Of a stretch of DNA of 64,000 bases, positions 11,801 through 20,266 are shown piece after piece. The notes under the pieces were generated by a model. That model saw only the letters and a program-made list of their open reading frames with translations. It made no database searches and was not told the origin of the DNA. Position numbers and translations under genes: made by a program. How positions within the stretch are numbered: position 1 is the stretch's first letter; each line of letters starts with the position of its first letter. The stretch comes from Deltaproteobacteria bacterium (GTDB lineage Bacteria; Myxococcota_A; UBA9160; UBA6930): assembly GCA_016875395.1 (NCBI GenBank), contig VGRF01000011.1:59250-123249 (forward strand). Direction: 5' to 3'.

Positions 11801-12015
11801 GCGTGCGGCCCCTCGTGATGACCGTGGCGATGAACATCGTCGGGCTCGTGCCCGTGATGCTCGACACCGGCATCGGCTCCGACGTCGCGAAGCGCATCGC
11901 CGCACCGCTCTGGGGCGGGCTCGCCTCGCTCACGCTGCTGACCCTCGCAGTGATCCCCGCGCTCTACGTGATGTGGCGCGCGCGCGGGCTTGCTCGGGCC
12001 GATGCCGAGCGCTGA
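8803..12015 (+). CDS. cusA: Heavy-metal RND efflux pump, CusA family (Cu(I)/Ag(I))
   Basis: 1070 aa. It resembles E. coli CusA, as I recall that sequence, along its length (DALPDLSDTQVIV, GPDATGVGWVFEYALVD). All three Met of the CusA metal triad look conserved (LFMPVS, LSMIET, VDMLTTG). Confidence 0.93.
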   Translation: MLARWIELCARRRWLVVAAVVALAAWGVVSARNTPLDALPDLSDTQVIVFTEWMGRSPNLVEDQITYPIVSTFLAAPRVEVVRGFTMFGMSFVYVIFEEGTDLYWARSRVLEALVKLAGKLPPGVAPQLGPDATGVGWVFEYALVDESGTHDLQQLRSLQDWHVRYWLSSVPGVAEVASIGGYEKEYQVEIDPIRLQALGLSIAEIASAIRMSNGDVGGRVLELAQHEYAVRGRGYLQSREAIEQIVVATNAAGTPVQLGDIARVQIGGAIRRGFGELDGEGEAVGGIVVMRFGENALQVIERVKAKLTEMEPALPPGVRIVATYDRSELILGSVRTLGTNLAQVMAIVCLTIVVFLFHLRSALVPALMLPIAVALAFIPMSAMGLTTNIMSLAGIIIAIGDMVDAAVVLVENAHRRLAEAGPSADRVRVVIDSAKELGPPIFGSLLLIAVAFLPVFTLEAQEGRLFKPLAYTKTLAMAFAALLSVTLVPALMVWLVRGRIRSEAENPVARALAAAYRPVLRWCLVHRVGLVASVLLAIGLSAVPFARLGSEFMPPLYEGSVLFMPVSVPGISIEEAKRVVQEQDRRLRAIPEVARVFGKAGRAETATDPAPLSMIETVITLRPRDEWREGLSYEALIAEMDRAVATPGLQPAWTMPIKARVDMLTTGIRTPIGIKVFGGDLEEIARIAESLEQILRDVPGTRSVYAERELGGYFIDFVPDRDAIARYGLRVMDVLEVVETAIGGLDVDVTIEGRERYRINVRYPRELRDTPEDLARVLVPIPPQRGVGAADAAAPRAMSAGMGAGAMTKGAGRTAQVRLGQLGTISATMGAPMIKNEGGLLTGWVYVDTTSRDLGGYVERAKRAVALQLALPTGYSLRWTGQYEFLARMQARMRIAVPLTVALILAILLVNFGGLPQALLVLFSLPCAALGSVWLLWALGFNTSVAVWVGLIGLLGIAAETASIMVIYLDEGFRSWQAQGRLHSTADLIEMAIESGTRRVRPLVMTVAMNIVGLVPVMLDTGIGSDVAKRIAAPLWGGLASLTLLTLAVIPALYVMWRARGLARADAER

Positions 12016-14686
12016 CTCGTCGCGTTGGCACGCGCGCCCGCTCGCGGACGTCGAGCGCGCGCTGGGCACCGACCGGCGCGCCGGGCTCTCGCGGGACGAA
12101 GCTGCGCGGCGGCTCGGGCAGGGCGGCGCGAACGAGTTGCGCGTCGCGCGCGGGCGCTCGGCGGTCGAGATCGCGGCCGACCAGGCGCGCAGCCTCGTCG
12201 TGTGGCTGCTCGTCGCGGCTGGGCTCGTGTCGCTCGCGCTGGGAGAGCGCGTCGACGGCGCCGCGATCCTCGCGATCGTCGCCGTGAACGCGCTGATCGG
12301 CTTCGCGCAGGAGCTGCGCGCCGAGCGCGCGGTCGCCGCACTGGCGAAGCTGACGGCGCCGCGCGCGCGCGTCGTGCGCGACGGCCGCTCGGAGCTGATC
12401 CCCGCGCGTGAAGTCGTCGTCGGCGATCTGCTCGTGCTCGACGCGGGCGACATCGCGGCAGCGGACGCGCGCCTCTGCGAGGCGTCGCGGCTCCAGCTGA
12501 ACGAAGCGCCGCTCACGGGCGAATCCGAGCCGGTGGCGAAGCACGCGGCCGAGCTCGCGGCGGACACGCCGCTGCCCGATCGCAGGAATCTCGTGTTCCT
12601 CGGCACGAGCGTCGCCGCGGGCTCGGGTCGCGCCCTCGTCGTCGCCACCGGCATGACGACGGAAGTCGGCCGCATCGCGCAGCTGCTCGAGAGCGCGCAG
12701 ACGGAGCCGACGCCGCTACAGCGCCGGCTCGATCGCGTGGGCCGCCAGCTCGTGTGGGCGAGCCTCGCGGTGGTCGCCGTCGTTTCCGCGCTCGGCTGGC
12801 TGCGTGGCGCACCGCCGTTCGAGCTCTTCATCGGCGCGGTGAGCCTCGCGGTGGCGGCGGTGCCCGAGGGCCTGCTCGCAGTCGTCACGGTTGCGCTCGC
12901 GCTCGGGGTCGAGCGCATGGCGCGCCGCCGCGCGCTCGTGCGTCGGCTCGCATCGGTCGAGACGCTCGGCAGCACGGGCGTGATCTGCACCGACAAGACA
13001 GGGACGCTCACGGTCGGCCAGATGACGGTGCGCCGGCTCGCGACTGCCGACGCCACGCTTCGCGTCACTGGCGAGGGCATGCGTGCGGAGGGTGAGATCG
13101 CTGGAGCTGGCGCCGACGAGGCGGCGGTTCGCGCGCTGCTGTGGGCAGCGGCCGCCTGCAACGACGCCGAGATCGTGCGCCGCGATGGCACTTATCAGGG
13201 AACAGGGGACACCACGGAGATCGCGCTCTTGGTCGCCGCAGCGAAGGGCGGAGTGCAGCGCGCCGAGATCGAGGCGCAGGAGCCGAGGCTGCGCACACTG
13301 CCCTTCGACTCCGAGCGCAAGCGCATGTCCATCGTGCGCAAGCGTGCTGGGCGCGAGGTCGCCTACGTGAAGGGTGCCCCCGAAGCGGTACTCGAGTGCT
13401 GCACGCACTTCGCGCAAGCGAGCGGCGTGACTGCGTTCGATGCGGCGACTCGCGCGGCACTCGCGCAGAGCGTCGCGGCGCTCGCAGCCGACGCGCTGCG
13501 CGTGCTCGCCATTGCCGCGCGGGAGGTGTCCGGCGGCAAGCCCGACGACGAGGTGGAGCGCGGCCTGACGCTGCTCGGCTTCGTGGGGATGCAGGATCCG
13601 CCGCGCCCCGAGGCCGCCTCGGCGATCGCGCGCTGTCGCAGTGCGGGCATCCGCGTCGTGATGATCACCGGCGATCACCCTGCGACGGCGCGCGCGATCG
13701 CAGCAGAGCTCGGCATCGTGAACGCGAGCGATGAAGTGCTGACCGGCACCGAGCTCGAGCGGCTCTCGCACGACGCGCTGCGCGAGCGCGCGCCGCGCAT
13801 CTCCGTCTACGCGCGCACCAGCCCGGAGCAGAAGCTGCAGATCGTGCGCGCGTGGAAGGCGCGCGGCGCGATCGTCGCGATGACGGGCGACGGCGTGAAC
13901 GACGCGCCGGCGCTGCGCGAGGCCTCGATCGGCGTGGCGATGGGCGCCGCCGGGACCGAGGTCGCGAAGCAAGCCGCAGACCTCGTGATCGCCGACGACG
14001 ATTTCGCCTCGATCGTCGCGGCCGTCGAGGAGGGCCGTGGCATCTTCGACAACGTCTCGAAGACACTCGCCTATCTGCTCGCCGGTAACGTTGGGGAGCT
14101 CGGGTTCATGCTCGCGGCCGGCCTGCTCGGCTGGCCGGTGCCGCTGCTGCCCGTGCAGTTGTTGTGGATCAATCTCGTGACGGACGGCTTGCCCGCGCTC
14201 GCGCTCGCGAGCGACCCGATCGACCCCGACGTGCTGCAGCGGCCGCCGCGGCCCGCCACCGCGCAGCTCGCGGACGCCGCCGGTTTGCGCACGCTGCTGC
14301 TCACCGGCGCGCTCACCGCTGCGGTCGCGCTCGCGGCCTTCGGGTACGAGCTCGCGCGCGGCGCGGAGCTCAGCGTCGCTCGCAACGCCGCGTTCTCGAC
14401 GCTCGTCTTCGCCGAGCTGCTGCGCGCGTTCGGAGCGCGCAGCGCCACGCGCTCCGTGTTCGAGGTGAGCCTCCGCTCGAACCTGCGACTTCTTGCCGTG
14501 GTGGCCGCGAGCTTCGCGCTTCAGCTCGTGATCCATCACGAGCCGCGCGTCGCGAGCGTGTTCGCCACGGCGCCGATCTCGCTCGGGCAATGCGTCGCGC
14601 AGATCGCGCTCGCCAGCGTGCCGCTCGCGCTGCTCGAGCTGCGCAAGCTCGCGCTACGGCGCACGCGCCGGAAGGAGGCTTCGTGA
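12002..14686 (+). CDS. P-type cation-transporting ATPase, P2 (Ca2+/Mg2+-type), not P1B
   Basis: CTDKTGTLT phosphorylation motif, PEGL in M4, [18 protein letters not shown], and an N-terminal cation-ATPase-N-like segment. The ATG at 12002 overlaps the cusA end by 14 nt; an alternative TTG lies at 11990. Confidence 0.88.
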   Translation: MPSADSSRWHARPLADVERALGTDRRAGLSRDEAARRLGQGGANELRVARGRSAVEIAADQARSLVVWLLVAAGLVSLALGERVDGAAILAIVAVNALIGFAQELRAERAVAALAKLTAPRARVVRDGRSELIPAREVVVGDLLVLDAGDIAAADARLCEASRLQLNEAPLTGESEPVAKHAAELAADTPLPDRRNLVFLGTSVAAGSGRALVVATGMTTEVGRIAQLLESAQTEPTPLQRRLDRVGRQLVWASLAVVAVVSALGWLRGAPPFELFIGAVSLAVAAVPEGLLAVVTVALALGVERMARRRALVRRLASVETLGSTGVICTDKTGTLTVGQMTVRRLATADATLRVTGEGMRAEGEIAGAGADEAAVRALLWAAAACNDAEIVRRDGTYQGTGDTTEIALLVAAAKGGVQRAEIEAQEPRLRTLPFDSERKRMSIVRKRAGREVAYVKGAPEAVLECCTHFAQASGVTAFDAATRAALAQSVAALAADALRVLAIAAREVSGGKPDDEVERGLTLLGFVGMQDPPRPEAASAIARCRSAGIRVVMITGDHPATARAIAAELGIVNASDEVLTGTELERLSHDALRERAPRISVYARTSPEQKLQIVRAWKARGAIVAMTGDGVNDAPALREASIGVAMGAAGTEVAKQAADLVIADDDFASIVAAVEEGRGIFDNVSKTLAYLLAGNVGELGFMLAAGLLGWPVPLLPVQLLWINLVTDGLPALALASDPIDPDVLQRPPRPATAQLADAAGLRTLLLTGALTAAVALAAFGYELARGAELSVARNAAFSTLVFAELLRAFGARSATRSVFEVSLRSNLRLLAVVAASFALQLVIHHEPRVASVFATAPISLGQCVAQIALASVPLALLELRKLALRRTRRKEAS

Positions 14687-16101
14687 CTCAGCGGCACGGA
14701 GAGATTGGGCAGCCGAGCATCCAGTTCCTCGGCGCGGCGGGCACGGTCACGGGCTCGAAGCACGTCGTGACAGCCAACGGAAGCCGAGTTCTGCTCGACT
14801 GCGGGCAGTTTCAAGGCTTGAAGGCGCTGCGGCTGCGCAACTGGGAGCCACTTCCTTTCGAGGCGCGCGAGATCGACGCCGTGGTGCTGAGCCACGCGCA
14901 CATCGACCACTCCGGCGCGCTGCCCCGACTCGTTCGCGACGGTTTTCGCGGGTCGATCTACTGCACTTCCGGAACCGCAGCCTTGTTACGGGTCATGCTG
15001 CTCGATGCGGCGCACATCGAAGAGGAGGACGCTGCTCGCGCGAATCGTCACGGCCACGCGAAGCATCGGCCGGCGTTGCCGCTGTTCACGCGCGAGGACG
15101 CCGAAGCCGCGCTGAGCCTGGTGCGTACGGTCCCGTACGGGCGCGATCAAGAAGTGGCGAGCGGCATCGTCACGACGCTGCGCCGCGCCGGGCACATTCT
15201 CGGCTCTGCGACCGTCGAGCTCGCGATCGCGGGCGCGCATCCCGTGCGCCTCGTGTATTCGGGCGATCTCGGCCGCTGGGGCCGGCCGATTCTGCGCGAC
15301 CCGGACCCCGTGCACCGCGCTGACGTGCTGCTCGTGGAATCCACCTACGGCGACCGCGTGCATCCACCCGGTGCGGAAGAGGCGCTGGCGCGCATCGTTC
15401 GAGAAACGGCTGCACGGCGAGGTGCGCTCCTGGTTCCGGCCTTCGCGGTGGGGCGAACACAGGAGCTGATCTGGACGCTGCGCAAGCTCGAAGACGCTCG
15501 CGCGATTCCAGCACTGCCGGTGTTCCTCGACAGCCCGATGGCGATCGACGTGACGGGCATCTACTGCGAGCACCCCGAGGATCACGACCTCGACATGAAG
15601 CTGCTGATGGACGAGAAGCGCTGCCCGCTCTGCTGCACGCAATACCATCTGCTGCGGCGCGTCGAAGAGTCGAAGCGGCTCAACAAGCTGAGCGGTCCGG
15701 CGATCATCATCTCCGCGAGCGGGATGGCCACGGGCGGGCGGGTGCTTCACCACTTGCGCGCGCGCCTTCCGGACGAGCGCACGACCGTGCTCCTGCCCGG
15801 CTTTCAGGCCGCGGGGACGCGGGGCCGCGCGCTCCAAGAAGGGGCGCGAACGCTGCGCATCCACGGCGAAGACGTTCCCGTGCGCGCTCGCGTCGTCACG
15901 CTCGACGGCTTGTCGGCGCACGCGGATCGCTAGGAGCTGCTGCGCTGGCTGAGCGGATTCGCGTCCGCGCCGCGCATGACGTGGATCGTGCATGGAGAGC
16001 CGGTCGCGTCGGCTGCGCTTGGTGACGAGATCCGCGCGCGGCTCGGCTGGCGCGCCGAGGTCGCAAGTGACGGTGAGATCGTGGGGCTCGGCGCTACGTG
16101 A
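14683..16101 (+). pseudogene. MBL-fold beta-CASP hydrolase (RNA-metabolising metallo-beta-lactamase) interrupted by an in-frame TAG at 15931-15933
   Basis: The GTG at 14683 overlaps the ATPase stop (GTGA), with GGAAGGAGG upstream. Has the HAHIDHSG motif. The track ORF ends ...GLSAHADR*. The same frame continues ELLRWLSGFASAPRMTWIVHGEPVASAALGDEIRARLGWRAEV... to the TGA at 16099-16101, which overlaps the next gene's GTG. Confidence 0.75.
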
Positions 16102-17345
16102 AGGAGAAAGACGCGATCCTCGTAACTGGCGGCACCGGGACCGTCGGCTCGCGGCTGAGCGAGATGCTCGCACGCCGCTTTCCGGACCGCGTCGTCGTCG
16201 CGGCGCGCGACGCACACAGGGCGCGCGCCTTGGCAGCGCGCATCGGTGAGGGCGTGCGCGGCGTCGGCATCGACGTTCACTCGGCCGAGCGGGCGCAGGC
16301 CGCCTGCGCGTCCGCCGCCTTGGTCGTGAACTGCGTTCCGCTGAGCGCGCCTTTCCCGCTGCTGCGCAGCGTGGTGGAGCACGGCTGCGCCTACACCGAC
16401 GTGTCTCCCTCGCTGATTGGCGACACGGTGTTCGCGCTGCACGAGCGCGCGCAGCAAACCGGCGCACGCGTGATTGCGGGAGCTGGTCTTGCGCCGTGCA
16501 CGAGCAACTTCATCGCGCGGCGATTGTTTCAGGAGCTCGGCGCCCTCGAGCGCGTGGACGTCACGCTCCAGCTTCACTTGGGAGACGAGATCGGCGCAGC
16601 GGCGCTGGCGTCGCTGCTCGCCCTCGCTGGGGCGTCGCTTCCCGCGATTCACGGGGGCCAGGCCGAGATGTTTCGTCCGTTCCAACTGCGACGCCGGATC
16701 GCGACGAGGAGCGGGAGGCGAACGAGCCTGCGCGCACCGTTCTGCGATCAGCTGTGGATCGCGCGGTCGCTCGGCGTGCCGAGCGCAGCGACCTGGCTCG
16801 TGCTGGAGCCGCGCTGGGCAGGTCAAGCGTTCGCGCTGCTCGCCGCGATGGGGGCGCTCCCGCGACTGGCGCGGCGCGGAGCGAGCGGCGCGTCTCTCCG
16901 CGCGCTGCGGATCCTGAAGCGCAGCCTACGAGTGCGCGGTGATGACGTCGCGCTCATCGTCGAAGCGACGACCGGCCGCGGTCGGGGCGTGCTCGAGCTG
17001 CACACCAACTGCGAGGCGCACGCGACCGCCGCAGCGGCTTCGCTCGTGGCGCGGGCGCTGCTCGGGGAGCAGCCGGTCGCGCCTGGAGTTTGGGTTCCGG
17101 ATCAGGCGATCTCGACGGATTGGTTCCTCTCCGAGCTGGACCGCCTCGGACTCGCGCCCGAGGCGGCTGTCGCACGCAAGGAAGCGGCGCGGCACCGCTC
17201 GATGGCCAAGCATTACGCCGGCGGCAAGCTGATGCAGCGCGACGCGGCGCGCCTCCACTGCGAGCGGCTGGCGAAGCGCGCCGACCAGACTGCCGCCGAG
17301 TACGACGGTCTCGCCGCTGCGCACGAGGCGGAAGGCGGACGCTGA
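16098..17345 (+). CDS. Saccharopine dehydrogenase NADP-binding domain protein
   Basis: ILVTGGTGTVG Rossmann motif and a 415-aa two-domain architecture typical of SDH-like reductases. Confidence 0.65.
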   Translation: MKEKDAILVTGGTGTVGSRLSEMLARRFPDRVVVAARDAHRARALAARIGEGVRGVGIDVHSAERAQAACASAALVVNCVPLSAPFPLLRSVVEHGCAYTDVSPSLIGDTVFALHERAQQTGARVIAGAGLAPCTSNFIARRLFQELGALERVDVTLQLHLGDEIGAAALASLLALAGASLPAIHGGQAEMFRPFQLRRRIATRSGRRTSLRAPFCDQLWIARSLGVPSAATWLVLEPRWAGQAFALLAAMGALPRLARRGASGASLRALRILKRSLRVRGDDVALIVEATTGRGRGVLELHTNCEAHATAAAASLVARALLGEQPVAPGVWVPDQAISTDWFLSELDRLGLAPEAAVARKEAARHRSMAKHYAGGKLMQRDAARLHCERLAKRADQTAAEYDGLAAAHEAEGGR

Positions 17346-17361
17346 GCGTTCGCGCCGGCTC

Positions 17362-17688
17362 TCAGCCTCCCGCGAGCTTCACCTGATGACCGCGCTGCTG
17401 GAGCGCCGCGACGATCTTGTCGCGGTGGTCCCCCTGAATCTCGATCACCCAGTCCTTCACGGTGCCGCCGGTGCCGCACAGGCGCTTCAGCTCGCCCGCG
17501 AGCTCCTTCAGCTTGTCCTCGCTCGCGCCGACCCCCGCGATCGTCGTGACGGTCTTGCCGCCGCGGCCTTGGCTCTCGCGGCGCACGCGCACGATGCCGT
17601 CGCCGCGCGGTGCGCGCGGGCTCTCGACTTTGGGCGCGATGCGGCCCTTGCCGGTGGAGTAGACGGTGCGGTCGTCGTCGCGGCTCAC
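17362..17688 (-). CDS. yciH: Translation initiation factor SUI1/YciH family
   Basis: GTG at 17688. VYSTGKGRI...GIVRVRRESQGRGGKTVTTIAGV...LKRLCGTGGTVKD...IEIQGDHR is the canonical SUI1 fold sequence. Confidence 0.85.
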   Translation of the reverse strand: MSRDDDRTVYSTGKGRIAPKVESPRAPRGDGIVRVRRESQGRGGKTVTTIAGVGASEDKLKELAGELKRLCGTGGTVKDWVIEIQGDHRDKIVAALQQRGHQVKLAGG

Positions 17689-18299
17689 GAGATGTCTCCC
17701 GCGCGGGCTTTCTGGGCGTAGCGTTCGAGCACGCGCTTCATCGTGTCGTCGGGCTGGATGCCGCCGAAGGGCCACGTGCCGAGCATGAACGTGGGCACGC
17801 CGGTGACCTGCTCTTCCCGCGCGACTTCGGTCTTCACTTCGAGCTCGCGCCGGCCGCGTGCGAGGTCGTTCGCGGCGAGCGGCAGCGCGATCTCGCGCGC
17901 GAGCGCGAGCACGTCGTCGTCGCTCGGCGCGAGCCTGTGCTCCTCGAACATCGCGGTGAAGACGCGCTCGCGCCAGGTCTCGCCGCGGCCCGCGCGCTCG
18001 GCCGTGAACGCGGCGGCATTCAGCGCGGCGGAGTCGGGCCAGATGCGCGGCACGTCGAGCGCGACACCGAGCTCTGCGGCGACGCGCCGCGCATTCTCGC
18101 GCCGCGCATCGGGCACCTCTTCGCCCGCGACGTACGGCCCGAGCAGGCGGCCGAGGTCGAGCGGCAGCCACGCGAGCGCGATGCCGAGCTCGCCGAGAGT
18201 GCCCGCCATGCGCTGCATCGCGCGGTGCGTCACGTAACAGAGGCTCGACGCGAAGTCGTAGTAGAGCGGCACGCGGAGGATGCGTCTGGAGTCGATCAC
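17685..18299 (-). CDS. DsbA-like thioredoxin-fold protein (FrnE / 2-hydroxychromene-2-carboxylate isomerase-like)
   Basis: Starts at the GTG at 18299 (VIDSRRILRVPLYYDFASSLCYV). Has a C-terminal GVPTFMLG block. Its stop overlaps the yciH start (GTGA). Confidence 0.7.
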   Translation of the reverse strand: MIDSRRILRVPLYYDFASSLCYVTHRAMQRMAGTLGELGIALAWLPLDLGRLLGPYVAGEEVPDARRENARRVAAELGVALDVPRIWPDSAALNAAAFTAERAGRGETWRERVFTAMFEEHRLAPSDDDVLALAREIALPLAANDLARGRRELEVKTEVAREEQVTGVPTFMLGTWPFGGIQPDDTMKRVLERYAQKARAGDIS

Positions 18300-18382
18300 T
18301 GACGAGCCCGAGGTTCTGACGAAATCGAGGCCACTGTTCGATCTCCGCTCGGCTTCGGCTCGCTGCGCGCTCAGCTTGCCGA

Positions 18383-18811
18383 TCAATGATCGGGCGCCTC
18401 TCGGAACAGCCGTGCGTGCTCGACCATCAGGCAGAGATCTTCCACCACCGCGATGCCCGCGGCTTCGAGCTTCGCGGTCGACCCGTGCGCGATGCCGAGC
18501 TGGAGCCACACCGACTTCGGCTTGTGCTTCATCGCGAGGATCTCGTCGACGTGCGCGGGAATGTGCGCGGGCGCGCGGAACACGTTGATCATGTCCACGG
18601 GCTCCGCGATCTCGCCGACGCTCGCGACCGCGCGCTCGCCTAACACCTCGGCGAGCTTCGGCGACACGGGCCGGATCGCGAAGCCGTGGCGCTGCATGTA
18701 GCGGGGTACGCGGAACGCGTCCTCGTGCTCGCCGGCCTTGATGCCGAGCACCGCGATCGTTCGTGTGCTCACGAGCAGCTCTCTCAGTTCGCGGTCGCCG
18801 TGGATCGGCAT
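18383..18811 (-). CDS. CoA-binding domain protein (YccU/YneT family)
   Basis: ATG at 18811. TIAVLGIKAGEHEDAFRVPRYMQRHGF...VDMINVFR matches the CoA_binding_2 pattern. Confidence 0.85.
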   Translation of the reverse strand: MPIHGDRELRELLVSTRTIAVLGIKAGEHEDAFRVPRYMQRHGFAIRPVSPKLAEVLGERAVASVGEIAEPVDMINVFRAPAHIPAHVDEILAMKHKPKSVWLQLGIAHGSTAKLEAAGIAVVEDLCLMVEHARLFREAPDH

Positions 18812-18895
18812 GGTCTTCCTCGCGCGCGTTTCGTTGCGGGAGATCGAGTGCCGGATAAGGTGCGCCGCCACCCGACGCCGCGAAAGGGGAAACGC

Positions 18896-20266
18896 GTGCG
18901 ATTCATCGCTCGAAGTCTGGCCGCAATGGCCGTGACACTTTCGTGTGTCGGCGGACTCGCGGCCGAAAGTGTGCAGCCCGAGTTCGACGATCCCGCCCTT
19001 CGCACGCGCATCACGAAGCTCGCGAACGGGCTCGACGTGCTCACGCTCGAAGACCACGCCACGCCGGTCGTCTCGCTGCAGGTGTGGGCGAAGGTGGGAT
19101 CGGGCGACGAGAGCCGTTTCACCGGAATCGCGCACCTGTTCGAGCACATGATGTTCCTCGGCTCGAAGAATCTCTCGAAGCTCGGCCCCGAGGCCTACAC
19201 GAAGCTCGTCGAAGAGCGCGGCGGAACGATCAACGCGTACACGTCGCGCGACGTGACCGTGTACTTCGAGAACGTCGCGCCCGAGCATCTGCCGCTCGTG
19301 ATCGCGCTCGAGGGCGAGCGCTTCGCGAATCTCGAGGTGACCGAGGAAGCGCTGAAGGCGGAGCGTCAGGTGGTGATCGAGGAGCGCCGGCTGCGCAGCG
19401 AGAACGACCCCGAGGGCATCGCGTTCGAGAGCGCGATGGCGCTCGCGTATCAGGCGCATCCGTACCGCGTGCCGACCGTGGGCTGGAAGAGCGACCTCGA
19501 GAAGGTCACGGCCGCCGACTGCCGGGCGTTCTTCGACACTTATTACGCCGCGAACAACCTCGTGGTCGCGATCGCGGGGAACTTCGACACGGACGAGGCG
19601 CTCGCGCTCGTGGAGAAGCACTTCGGCTGGCTGCGCACCGCGCCGTCGATTCCGCGCAATCCGCAGGAGGAGCCCGAGCAGAACGGCGAGCGCCGCGCGA
19701 TCGAGCACTTCCCCGTGCGCGCGCCGATTCTGCTGAGCGCCTACCAAGGCCCGAGCACGCACAGCCCCGATACGGACGCGCTCGACATCGCGAGCGGCAT
19801 TCTCGCGGGCGGGCGCACCTCGCGGCTGCATCGCGCGCTCGTGGACGAGGCGCGCCTCGCGCTCGAGCCGAGCGCGTTCTTTTGGGAGCTGCAGCGCGCG
19901 GGCGTGTTCATGGCCGGCGCGACGCTCGTGCCCGGCGCCGATGTCGCAGCGGCGGAGAAGATCATTCATGACGAGATCGCGAAGCTCGCCGCGACGCCGC
20001 CGAGTGAGAGCGAGCTGCGCCGCGCGCGGCGCGCGCTCGAGGTGCAGTGGATTCGCGGGCAGGGCAGCGCGCACGCGCTCGCGAGCCGCATCGCGCAGGA
20101 CTACGTCGCGTACGGCCGCATCGAGCCGCTCGCGGAGAAGCTGGCTGCGCTGCGCGCGGTCGCGCCCGCGGACGTGCAGCGCGTCGTGAAGCAGTACCTC
20201 GCGCCGCACCGGCGCAACGTGGTGCAGGTCTTCCCGCCCGCGGCGGACGAGGAGGGCCAGCCGTGA
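18896..20266 (+). CDS. M16 (pitrilysin) family zinc peptidase, catalytic subunit
   Basis: GTG at 18896 with a signal-like N-terminus. Has the inverted zinc motif HLFEHMMF (HxxEH). Confidence 0.9.
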   Translation: MRFIARSLAAMAVTLSCVGGLAAESVQPEFDDPALRTRITKLANGLDVLTLEDHATPVVSLQVWAKVGSGDESRFTGIAHLFEHMMFLGSKNLSKLGPEAYTKLVEERGGTINAYTSRDVTVYFENVAPEHLPLVIALEGERFANLEVTEEALKAERQVVIEERRLRSENDPEGIAFESAMALAYQAHPYRVPTVGWKSDLEKVTAADCRAFFDTYYAANNLVVAIAGNFDTDEALALVEKHFGWLRTAPSIPRNPQEEPEQNGERRAIEHFPVRAPILLSAYQGPSTHSPDTDALDIASGILAGGRTSRLHRALVDEARLALEPSAFFWELQRAGVFMAGATLVPGADVAAAEKIIHDEIAKLAATPPSESELRRARRALEVQWIRGQGSAHALASRIAQDYVAYGRIEPLAEKLAALRAVAPADVQRVVKQYLAPHRRNVVQVFPPAADEEGQP

